Assembly: GCA_017462385.1 (NCBI GenBank)
Contig: JAFTRE010000032.1
Coordinates: 104,488 to 168,487, forward strand
Direction of reading: 5' to 3'
DNA: 64,000 bases
From: Clostridia bacterium
Lineage (GTDB): Bacteria > Bacillota > Clostridia > Oscillospirales > CAG-272
Part shown: piece by piece, positions 26,320 through 36,330 of the stretch
How positions within the stretch are numbered: position 1 is the stretch's first letter
How the letters are laid out: each line of letters begins with the position of its first letter
The notes under the pieces: generated by a model
Databases searched by the model: none
The model's input: the letters and a program-made list of their open reading frames with translations, nothing else
Told to the model about the DNA's origin: nothing
Position numbers and translations under genes: made by a program

Positions 26320-28419
26320 ATGAAAAAAAATATCAACGTCATAATCTTTTATCTGGTCGTGTTCGCCTTGATAATATTTATCGCCACCCAAATGCTGGGC
26401 GGTCAGAACGCCGAGGCCTGCACCTACCGCGAGGTAGAGGATTTCTTCGAGGCCGACCTTGTTAAAAAGTTCGAGGTCAAAAACACATATAAAATGTTAC
26501 TCGAGGTGTATGTCCCCGACGATAGCGTCGAGGGCGGGCTTATTCGAGATGAGAGCGGTAAAATAACCAACAAAACGCAGGTCTATTCTTTCCAGCTCAG
26601 CGGCCTCAGCCTTTATAAGTTCGACCGCAATGTCGACATTTACACCCAAAACGCCAATCTCGAGGAATATAACTTCGAGCCCGAGCAGACCCTGCCCTGG
26701 TGGGTCAGCTTCCTTCCTATTATTATAATAGTGATCGCGCTGGTCGCGCTGTGGTTCTTCGCCATGAATCAGGCGTCGGGCGGCAAGGGCGGCAAAATGA
26801 ATTCGTTCGGCAAGGCGCGAGTCAAAATGCCCAACCCCAACGACAAGGATAAGATCACCTTCAAGGATGTTGCGGGTGCGGATGAGGAAAAGCAGGAGCT
26901 GGAGGAGATAGTCGAATACCTCAAGGCTCCCGCCAAGTTCTCCCGACTCGGCGCAAAGATACCCCACGGTGTTCTGCTCGTGGGCCCTCCCGGTACCGGT
27001 AAAACTCTGCTCGCGAAAGCTGTCGCAGGCGAGGCGGGCGTTCCCTTCTTCTCCATTTCCGGTTCGGACTTCGTTGAAATGTACGTCGGTGTCGGCGCGT
27101 CCCGCGTTCGCGACCTGTTTGAGAACGCACGCAAGTCGCCCGCCTCCATCATCTTTATCGACGAGATCGACGCGGTCGGACGTCACCGCGGCGCAGGTCT
27201 TGGCGGTGGTCACGACGAAAGAGAGCAGACGCTCAACCAGCTGCTGGTCGAGATGGACGGCTTCGGCTCTCATGACGGCATAATCGTCATGGCGGCAACC
27301 AACCGCCCCGACATTCTTGACCCCGCTCTGCTTCGTCCCGGTCGCTTTGACCGTCAGGTCACCATCGGCTACCCCGACATTCGCGGACGCGAGGAGATAC
27401 TCAAGGTGCACGCGCGCAACAAGCCGTTCGAATCTACCGTGGATTTTGCTAAGATAGCTCAGATGACGGTCGGATTTACAGGTGCCGACCTTGCAAACCT
27501 GCTTAATGAAGCATCTCTGCTTGCGGCACGCCGCAACAAGGATCTCATCGGCATGGACGAGATCGAGGATTCTTTCATGAAAATGCTGCTCGGTCCCAAG
27601 AAAAAGAATCGCGTTCGCTCCGAGCACGACAACAAGCTGTGCGCTTACCACGAGGCGGGCCACGCGGTCGCGTCGTTCTATTGCGAGCATACCGACCCCG
27701 TTAAGGTGGTCACCATAATTCCCGCCGGCGGCGCGGGCGGCGTTACCGTCAGCGTTCCCACAGAGGACACCATGTGCCGCTCCCGCAATCAAATGTACGA
27801 AAATATCGTTATGTCGCTCGGCGGCCGCGTTGCCGAGGAGCTGATAATGGACGATATCTCGACGGGTGCGTCGGGCGACATTCAGCAGGCAACAAAGACC
27901 GCCCGCAACATGGTCACCCGCTACGGTATGAGCGAAAAGCTGGGCACCGTGCTTTACGGCTCGGAGCACTCCAGCTCCGAGGTGTTCTTAGGCCGAGATT
28001 TCTCGTCGGGTCAGAATTATTCCGAGAAGACAGCAGCCGAGATCGACGACGAGATCCGCACACTCATCGACAAGGCTTATAAAAAGTGCCGCGACATTCT
28101 GGTCGAGCATATCGACAAGTTGCATTTTGTCGCAGGCTTCCTGCTGAAAAACGAGACTATGGACGGTGACCAGTTCAAGGCGGCAATGGAACAGGACGAC
28201 ATCACCTACGAGCAGCTGGAGCAAATGGCCGAGGAAAAACGCCGCCGCAGTCGCGAGGACAACGAGCGTCGCCGCCGTGAGCTTGAGGCAAAGGCGCGCG
28301 CCGAGGCGGAGGCTCAGGCAAATCGCGAGGCGGATGCTGACATCAGTCGCGACGGCGAGGACATCCAGCCCGAGGGAAGATCCGGCAACAACGACGATAT
28401 CCCGCCCGAGGGAAAATAA
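26320..28419 (+). CDS. ftsH: ATP-dependent zinc metalloprotease FtsH
   Basis: Walker [14 protein letters not shown], the SRH region, and the HEAGH zinc site (YHEAGHAV). Confidence 0.95.
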   Translation: MKKNINVIIFYLVVFALIIFIATQMLGGQNAEACTYREVEDFFEADLVKKFEVKNTYKMLLEVYVPDDSVEGGLIRDESGKITNKTQVYSFQLSGLSLYKFDRNVDIYTQNANLEEYNFEPEQTLPWWVSFLPIIIIVIALVALWFFAMNQASGGKGGKMNSFGKARVKMPNPNDKDKITFKDVAGADEEKQELEEIVEYLKAPAKFSRLGAKIPHGVLLVGPPGTGKTLLAKAVAGEAGVPFFSISGSDFVEMYVGVGASRVRDLFENARKSPASIIFIDEIDAVGRHRGAGLGGGHDEREQTLNQLLVEMDGFGSHDGIIVMAATNRPDILDPALLRPGRFDRQVTIGYPDIRGREEILKVHARNKPFESTVDFAKIAQMTVGFTGADLANLLNEASLLAARRNKDLIGMDEIEDSFMKMLLGPKKKNRVRSEHDNKLCAYHEAGHAVASFYCEHTDPVKVVTIIPAGGAGGVTVSVPTEDTMCRSRNQMYENIVMSLGGRVAEELIMDDISTGASGDIQQATKTARNMVTRYGMSEKLGTVLYGSEHSSSEVFLGRDFSSGQNYSEKTAAEIDDEIRTLIDKAYKKCRDILVEHIDKLHFVAGFLLKNETMDGDQFKAAMEQDDITYEQLEQMAEEKRRRSREDNERRRRELEAKARAEAEAQANREADADISRDGEDIQPEGRSGNNDDIPPEGK

Positions 28420-28506
28420 AAGTATCAAAATAATACTTTCGGGGGCACTTGCCGAGGTAAGTGCCCCCATAAAAATACAAAAAACAAACGACAAGGAGAC
28501 AAGCCC

Positions 28507-29454
28507 TTGAAAATATCCATTCTCGACAAAGATACGCTTGGTGCCGATATAGATCTTTCTCCCCTGCGCGCGCTGGGAGAGGTCGCCGAATACGGCATCA
28601 CCGCTCCCGACGAGGTCGCGCTCCGCATCGCTGACACCGACGTGGTCGTGATAAACAAAGTAAAGCTGAACCGTCAAAACCTCTCTGCGGCGTCCGCGCT
28701 CAAGCTCATATGCGTCGCGGCCACGGGATACGATAACATTGACACCGAATATTGCCGCACTCGTGGCATAGCGCTTTGCAACGTGCCGGGCTATTCGACC
28801 GACAGCGTCGCCCAGCTTACCGTCGCAATGGCGCTCTCCCTGGCAACGCACCTGCCCGAGTATCGCGAATACGTCCATTCGGGCGAATATTCCGCGTCCG
28901 GCGTCGCAAATAGACTTGTTCCCGTCTATCACGACATCGCCGCCATGACCTGGGGCGTTGTGGGAGGCGGTGGTATCGGCACACGGGTGGCTGAGATAGC
29001 CCGCGCAATGGGCTGCCACGTTATGGTCTGCCGACGCAAAAAAGAGGGCGACTTTCCGCTCGCCGACATTGACGCCATCTGCCGCGAGTGCGATATAATC
29101 TCGCTTCACGTGCCGCTCTCGGACGAAACGCGCGGGCTTATCAGCCGCGAGCGCATTGCCGCCATGAAGAAAAACGCCATAGTTATCAACGTAGCCCGCG
29201 GCGCGGTCACCGACGAAGCGGCGCTGGCAGAGGCGGTAGCGGAGGGCAGGCTCGGCGGGCTTGGCGTGGACGTGTATTCCCGCGAGCCGTTTGAAGAGAG
29301 TCATCCGTTCTATTCCATACGTCATTTGAACAACGTCTGTCTGACGCCCCACATGGCATGGGGCTCGGCAGAGTCGCGCAAAAGATGCGTCAGTGAAATG
29401 GCGCAAAACATAGCCGCCTACTTCTGCGGTGAGCAGCGCAACAGGATAGTTTGA
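28507..29454 (+). CDS. D-isomer-specific 2-hydroxyacid dehydrogenase (glycerate/hydroxypyruvate reductase-like)
   Basis: 315 aa with a TTG start and the NAD-binding motif VVGGGGIGTRVA. Catalytic region: NVARGAVTDEAAL...TPHMAW. Confidence 0.8.
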   Translation: MKISILDKDTLGADIDLSPLRALGEVAEYGITAPDEVALRIADTDVVVINKVKLNRQNLSAASALKLICVAATGYDNIDTEYCRTRGIALCNVPGYSTDSVAQLTVAMALSLATHLPEYREYVHSGEYSASGVANRLVPVYHDIAAMTWGVVGGGGIGTRVAEIARAMGCHVMVCRRKKEGDFPLADIDAICRECDIISLHVPLSDETRGLISRERIAAMKKNAIVINVARGAVTDEAALAEAVAEGRLGGLGVDVYSREPFEESHPFYSIRHLNNVCLTPHMAWGSAESRKRCVSEMAQNIAAYFCGEQRNRIV

Positions 29455-29460
29455 AGGCTG

Positions 29461-29498
29461 AAAATTGCCCGCTGATATTATATCAGCGGGCAATTTTT
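29461..29498. terminator. bidirectional intrinsic terminator
   Basis: AAAATTGCCCGCTGATAT-t-ATATCAGCGGGCAATTTTT, a perfect 14-bp stem flanked by A and T runs, between convergent genes. Confidence 0.8.
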
Positions 29499-29518
29499 AT
29501 ATTAATTTATACTTTTTA

Positions 29519-31045
29519 TTATCCCTGCACCTTTTTGATGCCGTCGAGCAAGGTATCGAGCTGCTTGGGCACCATTTTGTCAAGAGATTTCATGATCGAT
29601 GCCACATTGTTGACGTTGCTTCCTATAAATCCGCGCAGCTTCTGGTGGACGGAATTGATCTGCTTTGTATACAGAACGCCCGCATCAACATAGAAGCCCT
29701 CGATGATGGTATCCAGCATATCGCAGGACTCGGGGTCGTTGCAGTATTTGTCCTTGAGCGTGATCTCATAGTAGGCGGGAAGAACGGTGCGATAGCTTTC
29801 GGAGGCCATTGCTTCAAGCACCGCGCCCATCTGCTGGAGTCTGTCATCCGTGACGGTTACGGGCACAGCAAAAGCGGTAAATGTATCGTGAGCATAGCTG
29901 TAATGCTGTGTCTGGCTCTCGTCCAGCTTGGGAACGGGAACAATGCCGTAATCACTCGTCATATTTCTCAGGTGCGCGCCTTCTGCCTCGATCAAACGCA
30001 GAGTAACCATAGCCGCTCTGTCCTCTGCAAACATTTCGGCGATAGTCTCCTGCTCGGAGTCAGCGGAAGCGTGCTTTACCGAAAATGCGCCGTCATTTTC
30101 CCAAATGAGATGGTTTATCTTTTCAACCGCCGTGGAAAGACGGTCGATATCCATTGAGTATTCAAGATAATTATCCTCGGTTTTAGAAAGAATGGGCAGC
30201 TTGCAAGACGACCAGTACGCGTCAACGCCTATCATGTCCGCATTGGTAACAAAGCCGTATTTATCGACATCGTCGTGCGTGCTGTCACCGTTGAGATCCT
30301 CATAAAAGCCGCTACTTATCTCATACTGATAGTCAAGCGTCCATTTGCCGGAATTTACCGCGTCATAAGGATAGTCGATGCCGGCACTGTCAAACATATT
30401 GCGGTTGAAAAATGTAGCGAAAATAAAGCGGTATGTAGACAGCGCAATAGCGCCCGTCACAAAATACTGCGCGTCGCCGATGGAAGCGGCTTCATTAAAG
30501 CCCTGCGCCCACCAGATCTGATCGAGGTCGAGATATTCGCACTCGTACAGGTTCTGGAACAGGCCCTCGCCCGTGTACATAATGGTGGAATAAACGCTGT
30601 TTGCCAGCATATCGTATTCATCTGTGGCAGAATTGACCTGAGTGCGGATCATATCCGAGATCTCATAGTTATCCGAGCCCGAGGTCATAATGTTTTCGAT
30701 CTTTACGCCGAGACGGGCTTCAACCTCAAGATTACGGTTATAAATAGCGTCGTTTATAGGCTCGCCGTTCATATCCGTGACCGAGACCTCGTCATCACAC
30801 CAGTCGCGGCCGCGGCTGAGTATCATGACAGAGTCACCGCCGTAATTAAGCTCGGGAAGTGTGTCACCGATGTCGTATTTATCGGTGGTTTCGGCCGGAG
30901 AGGAGGTGTCCGCCGTTTCAGACTGCTTAGCAGGGGTGGTGTCCGCGGAGGTGTCGGTGTTGCCGTCATCTGCGGGTTGCGCGCAGCCGCACAAAACGGA
31001 CAGAAACATAAGCAAAGTTAAAAGCAAGGACAGTGTCTTTTTCAT
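29519..31045 (-). CDS. extracellular solute-binding lipoprotein (large sugar-type ABC SBP), with no cognate permease adjacent
   Basis: Lipoprotein signal MKKTLSLLLTLLMFLSVLCGC. The size and composition fit family-1 SBPs of the LipO/LplA type. The start was moved to ATG 31045. Confidence 0.75.
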   Translation of the reverse strand: MKKTLSLLLTLLMFLSVLCGCAQPADDGNTDTSADTTPAKQSETADTSSPAETTDKYDIGDTLPELNYGGDSVMILSRGRDWCDDEVSVTDMNGEPINDAIYNRNLEVEARLGVKIENIMTSGSDNYEISDMIRTQVNSATDEYDMLANSVYSTIMYTGEGLFQNLYECEYLDLDQIWWAQGFNEAASIGDAQYFVTGAIALSTYRFIFATFFNRNMFDSAGIDYPYDAVNSGKWTLDYQYEISSGFYEDLNGDSTHDDVDKYGFVTNADMIGVDAYWSSCKLPILSKTEDNYLEYSMDIDRLSTAVEKINHLIWENDGAFSVKHASADSEQETIAEMFAEDRAAMVTLRLIEAEGAHLRNMTSDYGIVPVPKLDESQTQHYSYAHDTFTAFAVPVTVTDDRLQQMGAVLEAMASESYRTVLPAYYEITLKDKYCNDPESCDMLDTIIEGFYVDAGVLYTKQINSVHQKLRGFIGSNVNNVASIMKSLDKMVPKQLDTLLDGIKKVQG

Positions 31046-31152
31046 AAACGGGGTTCCTTTCATTATAGTCAGGCGGAGCCTGCTTTATTCAATTTCCATT
31101 ATAACTTATTTTAGGTTCTTTGTCAAGAAAATATCAAACATTATGGTAATTT

Positions 31153-32085
31153 TTAATATTTGTATGTCTGCATAAAGCAAGCTTTAAAGTCCGAGGGCGG
31201 CTTTTTACCCGTTCTGAGCACCGCTTCGACTGCCGCGCCGTAAACGGCGGGGGTATCCGCGACCGCAAGCTCAATGCCGGCAGGCGCAACATGCGACAGC
31301 ATTCGGGCGTATATCGGGAATTTTTCAAATATTCCGCCACCGAGCGCTACGCCAAAGGGCGGTTTGATCACTTTCATCGCCGCCGTCAGCATTTTTGCAA
31401 GGCCCTCGCAGTTGCGGCGCAATATGCAGAGGCTGACGGTATCGTTTGCCTCCGCACCCTCGAACACTATCGAGGCGAGAGAAGCAATATAAGCGCGGCC
31501 GCCCGCGTATATATCGGGAATGGCGTCCGCGGGATGTTTACCCAACCGAGATGTGAGCAGATCGGTCAAAAGCGTGGGCGTGCCCTGACCGTCATGAGCG
31601 TGCAGCGCGGCTGTCAGCGCGTCGCGGCCGAGGTCGAAGCCGCTGCCCGAGCAGGATGGGTCAAGCAGATAGCCCCAGCCGCCGATCCTTGTCAGCTCCC
31701 CGCCGTGTCTTACAAAGCAGACCGAGCCGGTGCCCGCGATAAGGCAAGCGCCGTCCGCGCTGCCGAGGGCACCCGTGAGCAGTGGGACAGCATCACTTGC
31801 GACGCGCAGTGCTTTGATGCCCGTCCTTTGCCCGAGCGCTCGTTCCAGTGCCTCACCATGTCCGACTGCGCCCGCAACGCCCGCGAACGCGGCAGTAATT
31901 TGAGTCGGCGCGGCGCTTTTTAACTCGTCAAGCACGCTCGCGAGCCTCACCACCGCCGCATCGACGCCGATGTCGTTGGGATTTGCGCCCGCGAGGAGCG
32001 ATTTTTTGTGTATTTTTCCCGTTTCATCAAACAGCACGCCCTCGGTTTTTGTCCCGCCTGCGTCAATGGCAATGAAATATTGCAT
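31153..32085 (-). CDS. BadF/BadG/BcrA/BcrD-type ATPase (N-acetylglucosamine kinase-like)
   Basis: N-terminal YFIAIDAGGTKTEGVLFD phosphate-1 motif of the ASKHA kinases. Confidence 0.75.
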   Translation of the reverse strand: MQYFIAIDAGGTKTEGVLFDETGKIHKKSLLAGANPNDIGVDAAVVRLASVLDELKSAAPTQITAAFAGVAGAVGHGEALERALGQRTGIKALRVASDAVPLLTGALGSADGACLIAGTGSVCFVRHGGELTRIGGWGYLLDPSCSGSGFDLGRDALTAALHAHDGQGTPTLLTDLLTSRLGKHPADAIPDIYAGGRAYIASLASIVFEGAEANDTVSLCILRRNCEGLAKMLTAAMKVIKPPFGVALGGGIFEKFPIYARMLSHVAPAGIELAVADTPAVYGAAVEAVLRTGKKPPSDFKACFMQTYKY

Positions 32086-32086
32086 A

Positions 32087-32857
32087 TCAAAAACTCACCC
32101 TTCGCACAGATGTGCACCGCGCCGTGTCGGTATCCAGTTCAAACAGCGCGCCATGGGCGCGTATCTCGCCGCTCGCGACCGAAAATCTTTGCGGCATTTT
32201 GGTTCTGAAATGTCTTATTATACACTCGGCGTCAGCTCCTATAACGCCGTCCGTGGGCCCCGTCATGCCGAGGTCGGTGATGTACCCCGTTCCGCGCGGC
32301 AATATTTGCTCGTCGGCCGTCTGGACGTGAGTGTGTGTGCCGAAAATTATATTGATGCGTCCGTCAAAATAGCGCGCCAGCGCGATCTTTTCGCTCGTAG
32401 CCTCGGCGTGTATATCCAGCAGGGCAAAGTCATACTTGCCCTTTTCCCGCTCGAGTATCCTGTCAACGGTGTCAAACGGCGAATCCAGCGGTTGCATATT
32501 GACAACGCCCATTACATTGATGCACAACAGCCGCCAGCCCCCGATGCGGACGGTGGTACTGCCGACACCCGGGCAGGAGGGCGGGAAGTTAGCGGGGCGC
32601 AAAATGCTCGGCGACGAGTCGAGAAAATCGTAAATGTCGCGCTTACCCCAGGTGTGGTTGCCCGTGGTGATAAGGTCTATGCCGCAATCCAGCAGTGCCT
32701 GCGCATCGGATGCCGATATTCCGTGTATATCGCTAACGTTTTCGCCGTTTGCAACGACGAGATCTGCGCCGAGTCTGTCCCGCTCTCGCCACAGCCGCTG
32801 CTGCAGATACTGTATCGAGGCGGTGCCCGTGACGTCACCGAGTGTGAGAATTTTCAT
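32087..32857 (-). CDS. ymdB: YmdB-family metallophosphoesterase (2',3'-cyclic-nucleotide 2'-phosphodiesterase)
   Basis: MKILTLGDVTGTAS...VVANGENVS...TGNHTWGKRD is typical of TIGR00282. The start was moved to ATG 32857. Confidence 0.85.
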   Translation of the reverse strand: MKILTLGDVTGTASIQYLQQRLWRERDRLGADLVVANGENVSDIHGISASDAQALLDCGIDLITTGNHTWGKRDIYDFLDSSPSILRPANFPPSCPGVGSTTVRIGGWRLLCINVMGVVNMQPLDSPFDTVDRILEREKGKYDFALLDIHAEATSEKIALARYFDGRINIIFGTHTHVQTADEQILPRGTGYITDLGMTGPTDGVIGADAECIIRHFRTKMPQRFSVASGEIRAHGALFELDTDTARCTSVRRVSF

Positions 32858-32917
32858 ATGTGAGCCTTTCTTTTTATATAAGTTCGCGGTGCGCTCATAC
32901 GGGCGCACCGCTGTCTT

Positions 32918-33754
32918 TTACATAACCGTATAATTTTCAAGCCGATCGATAATCTGCTTTTTGATAAAGACGTAACCGAGTATCATGACCACGCCGCTGA
33001 GTCCCGAAAAAATGTTTAATATACCGAGCACCAGCAGCCAGACCGACACCGCATTCGCATACTGAACCTCGACGTAAGGGTCGTCAACGCAAGCATACAG
33101 CGATCTTGCCATATAATGCAGCTTTTTGTAATACAAAATGTTGAGTATCATCATAACGACCGCTATCAGCGCCATTACGATGCCCCACGCGATCAGAACC
33201 ACGGGCAAAAGCGCGGACCAATCGACATTTGCGGGATAAATACTTGCAAAATCCGAGCCCAATATATCTCTCAGAATAACATCCAGCTCGCCGCCCGACA
33301 CAAGCTCGCGCGCGATATACTCCTCGGCCTTAACATAATATTCCTCGGGAATGAGCACGCCGACGACCGCCAGAATTATGCCGGAAGCAACAAGAATACT
33401 CGCCGCGATCCAGTTTAGGATACGGGTAGCGAAAAGTGAGCCGCAGATAATGTTAAAGCCGCTCTTTTTCATTGCGCCCTCGGGGCTTTTTGCCGCGCCG
33501 TATGTTATCCACATGCCGATAACTATCAATACATGTATAATATTGAAAGAATAGCTCACGCCGAAGTCACCGCTTCCGATATCGACGGTGAATGTGCCGA
33601 ACACGGTCGCAATGGTCATAAGTATGCACAGCGCCAAAAACAGGCCGGAGGAAAACGCAGCCTTGAGATCAAGTCCGGGGCGGACGGGCTGCGGTGCCAC
33701 ATATTCGTTTATGGGCGGACGATACTCGTTTTGATCAAAATTCTGATTATCCAT
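32918..33754 (-). CDS. polytopic membrane protein, function unknown
   Basis: Several TM helices. AAGGAG SD before ATG 33754 (MDNQNFDQNEY...). No recognisable motif. Confidence 0.6.
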   Translation of the reverse strand: MDNQNFDQNEYRPPINEYVAPQPVRPGLDLKAAFSSGLFLALCILMTIATVFGTFTVDIGSGDFGVSYSFNIIHVLIVIGMWITYGAAKSPEGAMKKSGFNIICGSLFATRILNWIAASILVASGIILAVVGVLIPEEYYVKAEEYIARELVSGGELDVILRDILGSDFASIYPANVDWSALLPVVLIAWGIVMALIAVVMMILNILYYKKLHYMARSLYACVDDPYVEVQYANAVSVWLLVLGILNIFSGLSGVVMILGYVFIKKQIIDRLENYTVM

Positions 33755-33813
33755 AATTCTACTCCTTTTTGAAAGTTTTTGAAGGATTCGGGACAGCGTC
33801 CCGCATATAATAA

Positions 33814-35172
33814 TCAATTCTTCAAGCTGTGGATAGGTGCGGGAACACGTCCGCCGCGCGAGATAAAGCGAGCGGGCGAATAGCCGTTGACGGGCATGAT
33901 GGGCGCATACCCCAGCAGTCCGCCGAAGCTGACACTGTCACCCACATTTTTGCCGTACGCGGGAATGAGACGGACAGCTGTCGTTTTTGTATTGACAACG
34001 CCGATGGATATCTCATCCGCGATAATGCCGCAGATGACGTCCTCCGAGGTGTCACCCGGAATAGCGATCATATCAAGACCGACCGAGCAGACCGCCGTCA
34101 TAGCCTCCAGCTTTTCAAGCGTCAGCGCGCCGCATTCAGCGGCGGCTATCATGCCTGCGTCCTCCGAAACGGGGATAAACGCGCCCGAAAGTCCGCCAAC
34201 GTGGCTGGACGCCATAACGCCGCCCTTTTTAACGGCGTCGTTGAGCATAGCAAGGCAGGCTGTTGTGCCGTGCGCGCCGCAACGCTCCAGTCCCATCTCC
34301 TCCAGTATATGCGCGACCGAGTCACCGATTGCGGGAGTGGGTGCGAGCGACAGGTCAACAATGCCGAACGGCACACCGAGCCGCTTTGCGGCCTCGCCCG
34401 CAACAAGCTGACCCACGCGGGTTATCTTGAACGCGGTGCGCTTGATGACCTCGGCAAGCGCGGACAGATCGCAGTCCCCTGCTCTCTTTATGGCGCTGGA
34501 AACAACACCGGGACCCGAAACTCCGACATTTATAACGCATTCGGGCTCGCCGACGCCGTGGAAAGCGCCCGCCATGAACGGGTTATCCTCGGGCACGTTT
34601 GCGAACACTACCAGCTTTGCGCACGCCATCGAGCTGTTGTCACGCGTCAGATACGCCGCGCGCTTGATGACTCTGCCCATCTCTGCCACGGCATCCATAT
34701 TGATGCCCGCCTTTGTGCTTGCGACATTGACGGAGGAGCACACCATATTTGTCTCGGCGAGCGCCTCGGGAATGACCGAAATGAGATTTTTCGCGCCCTT
34801 TGTTGCGCCCTTGTGAACAAGCGCGGAAAAGCCGCCGATAAAGTTGATGCCCAGCTCCGCCGCCGCGCGGTCAAGCGTTTTTGCCACCTTTATGTAGCCC
34901 TCGGGCGAGATATCGCCACCGACCAGTGAAATTGGAGTAACCGACACGCGCTTATTGACGATCGGAATGCCGTACTGCTTCTCTATCTGCTCGCCGACGG
35001 GCACGAGATCGCGCGCGGTCTTGGTGATCTTATCGTAAATTTTATCGCAAAGACGGTTTTCGTCCTCGCTGACACAGTCGAAAAGCGAAATGCCCATGGT
35101 TATGGTGCGGATATCCAGCTTTTCCTGACGTATCATATTTATGGTTTCAAGTATATCGGAAGTATTAAGCAT
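33814..35172 (-). CDS. UPF0210/DUF711 (PFL4705-like) family protein
   Basis: 452 aa. [30 protein letters not shown] is the typical UPF0210 N-terminus. It is paired with the upstream ACT gene. Confidence 0.8.
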   Translation of the reverse strand: MLNTSDILETINMIRQEKLDIRTITMGISLFDCVSEDENRLCDKIYDKITKTARDLVPVGEQIEKQYGIPIVNKRVSVTPISLVGGDISPEGYIKVAKTLDRAAAELGINFIGGFSALVHKGATKGAKNLISVIPEALAETNMVCSSVNVASTKAGINMDAVAEMGRVIKRAAYLTRDNSSMACAKLVVFANVPEDNPFMAGAFHGVGEPECVINVGVSGPGVVSSAIKRAGDCDLSALAEVIKRTAFKITRVGQLVAGEAAKRLGVPFGIVDLSLAPTPAIGDSVAHILEEMGLERCGAHGTTACLAMLNDAVKKGGVMASSHVGGLSGAFIPVSEDAGMIAAAECGALTLEKLEAMTAVCSVGLDMIAIPGDTSEDVICGIIADEISIGVVNTKTTAVRLIPAYGKNVGDSVSFGGLLGYAPIMPVNGYSPARFISRGGRVPAPIHSLKN

Positions 35173-35187
35173 AGCGCGACCCTTCCC

Positions 35188-35457
35188 TTATATTCTGTGC
35201 ATGGAGTTGAAAATATCCTCGTGCATTACGTGGATATCGAGTCCGCGCTCCGCGCCCAATTTGTTCAGCTTATCGGCAAAGTCGCCGAAAGGAATTTTGA
35301 GCCGGCTTACATCCGCCAGCATGATCATCGCGAAATATTCGCTGAGCACGCTCTGCGAGATCTCAAGTATGTTTGCGTCATAAACGGCGCATTCGGAGCT
35401 GACCAGCGCGATGATACCGACGCTGTCCTTGCCTGTTACTGTTATTACTGCTTTCAT
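35188..35457 (-). CDS. ACT domain protein (UPF0237)
   Basis: 89 aa. MKAVITVTGKDSVGIIALVS is an ACT fold start. It is the conserved partner of UPF0210. Confidence 0.8.
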   Translation of the reverse strand: MKAVITVTGKDSVGIIALVSSECAVYDANILEISQSVLSEYFAMIMLADVSRLKIPFGDFADKLNKLGAERGLDIHVMHEDIFNSMHRI

Positions 35458-35603
35458 TATTTTATTCCTTTACAATGATATATATTTATTATAACTGTAT
35501 TTGCTCATAATTTCAAGTACCGTGCGCAATTTTTTCGCGCCAAGAGTTGATTTTGAGCTAAATTTGTGCTACAATGAAGTATATTTTGAGGGAGGTCGAG
35601 CAA

Positions 35604-36149
35604 ATGAACGAATTTTCCACCTACGAATACGCCGTCACGCCCAAAAACGACCGCAAAATGAAGCTGACAAAGTTCTGGCTTATTTTGTCTTATATACTTT
35701 TCCCGCTGTTGTTCATCATTGTTTTTTATATGATAAATCTGCCGTGGTTTATTGTTTTCGTGGTGTTCGCCACCGTGCTTTTCATAGTCACGACATGGCG
35801 AAGATTTGTCGATGTTGAATACGAATATTCCATCACCTCGGGAATCGTCACTTTTGCCAAAATATTCGGCAACCGCTCGCGCAAAACGGTCATGGAGGCG
35901 CGCATAAAGGACGCGCTCATCATCGCACCGCTGAACGACAAAATACAAAAAAGCCGACTTGACGAATATCAGCCCGAGGTCATATATTCGGCGCTGTCCT
36001 CGCCCGACGCCGAGGACGGATATTTTATGACATACGAGGACGAGGAGGGTCACGCCTGCGCATTTCTTTTCGAGGCAACGGCGCAGACGCTCAAAATCTG
36101 CAGATTTTATAACCCCTCCGCGACGGTAATAAGCAAGGTTAGGTTTTAG
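35604..36149 (+). CDS. two-TM membrane protein, function unknown
   Basis: GAGGGAGG SD 7 nt before ATG 35604. It has two adjacent TM helices (FWLILSYILFPLLFIIVFYMI, WFIVFVVFATVLFIV). The overlapping minus-strand ORF 35505-36305 looks spurious. Confidence 0.6.
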   Translation: MNEFSTYEYAVTPKNDRKMKLTKFWLILSYILFPLLFIIVFYMINLPWFIVFVVFATVLFIVTTWRRFVDVEYEYSITSGIVTFAKIFGNRSRKTVMEARIKDALIIAPLNDKIQKSRLDEYQPEVIYSALSSPDAEDGYFMTYEDEEGHACAFLFEATAQTLKICRFYNPSATVISKVRF

Positions 36150-36188
36150 TCCGCCGAAGCTGTAATGCGGTATAACAAAGGTTTCTGT

Positions 36189-36236
36189 AAACGCACTTAT
36201 GATATACGAAGCAGGTCGTATGTCATAAGTGCGTTT
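36189..36236. other. 21-bp-stem hairpin without a U-tract
   Basis: AAACGCACTTATGATATACGA-agcagg-TCGTATGTCATAAGTGCGTTT, with one mismatch in 21 bp. Confidence 0.7.
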
Positions 36237-36275
36237 GATCGTTATCAATGAAGTTCGCCATGTTTGCGCAGCAAA

Positions 36276-36330
36276 TATTTTCATTCGCCGCAAGGCGAAT
36301 TTCATTTAGGGCACGCTGCGCGTGCCCTAA
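36276..36330. repeat. family B module pair overlapping the stop of the GH127-like gene
   Basis: TTTTCAT-[TCGCC gcaa GGCGA]-ATTTCAT-[TTAGGGCACG ctgc CGTGCCCTAA]. Confidence 0.55.

Noticed and set aside
26497-29493. Two long minus-strand ORFs (490 aa and 501 aa). Similar cases are 12921-14300, 23829-25013, 43170-44639, 33829-34929 and 53941-54915.
   Set aside because: All are antisense to confidently identified genes (ftsH, the 2-hydroxyacid dehydrogenase, the PrsW-like gene, dnaB, asnS, UPF0210 and the SBP). Their translations are compositionally odd and lack motifs.
35505-36305. A 266-aa minus-strand ORF overlapping the 35604-36149 gene.
   Set aside because: It has no SD and an odd composition. 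It runs through the intergenic hairpin region. The plus-strand ORF has a strong SD and clear TM helices.
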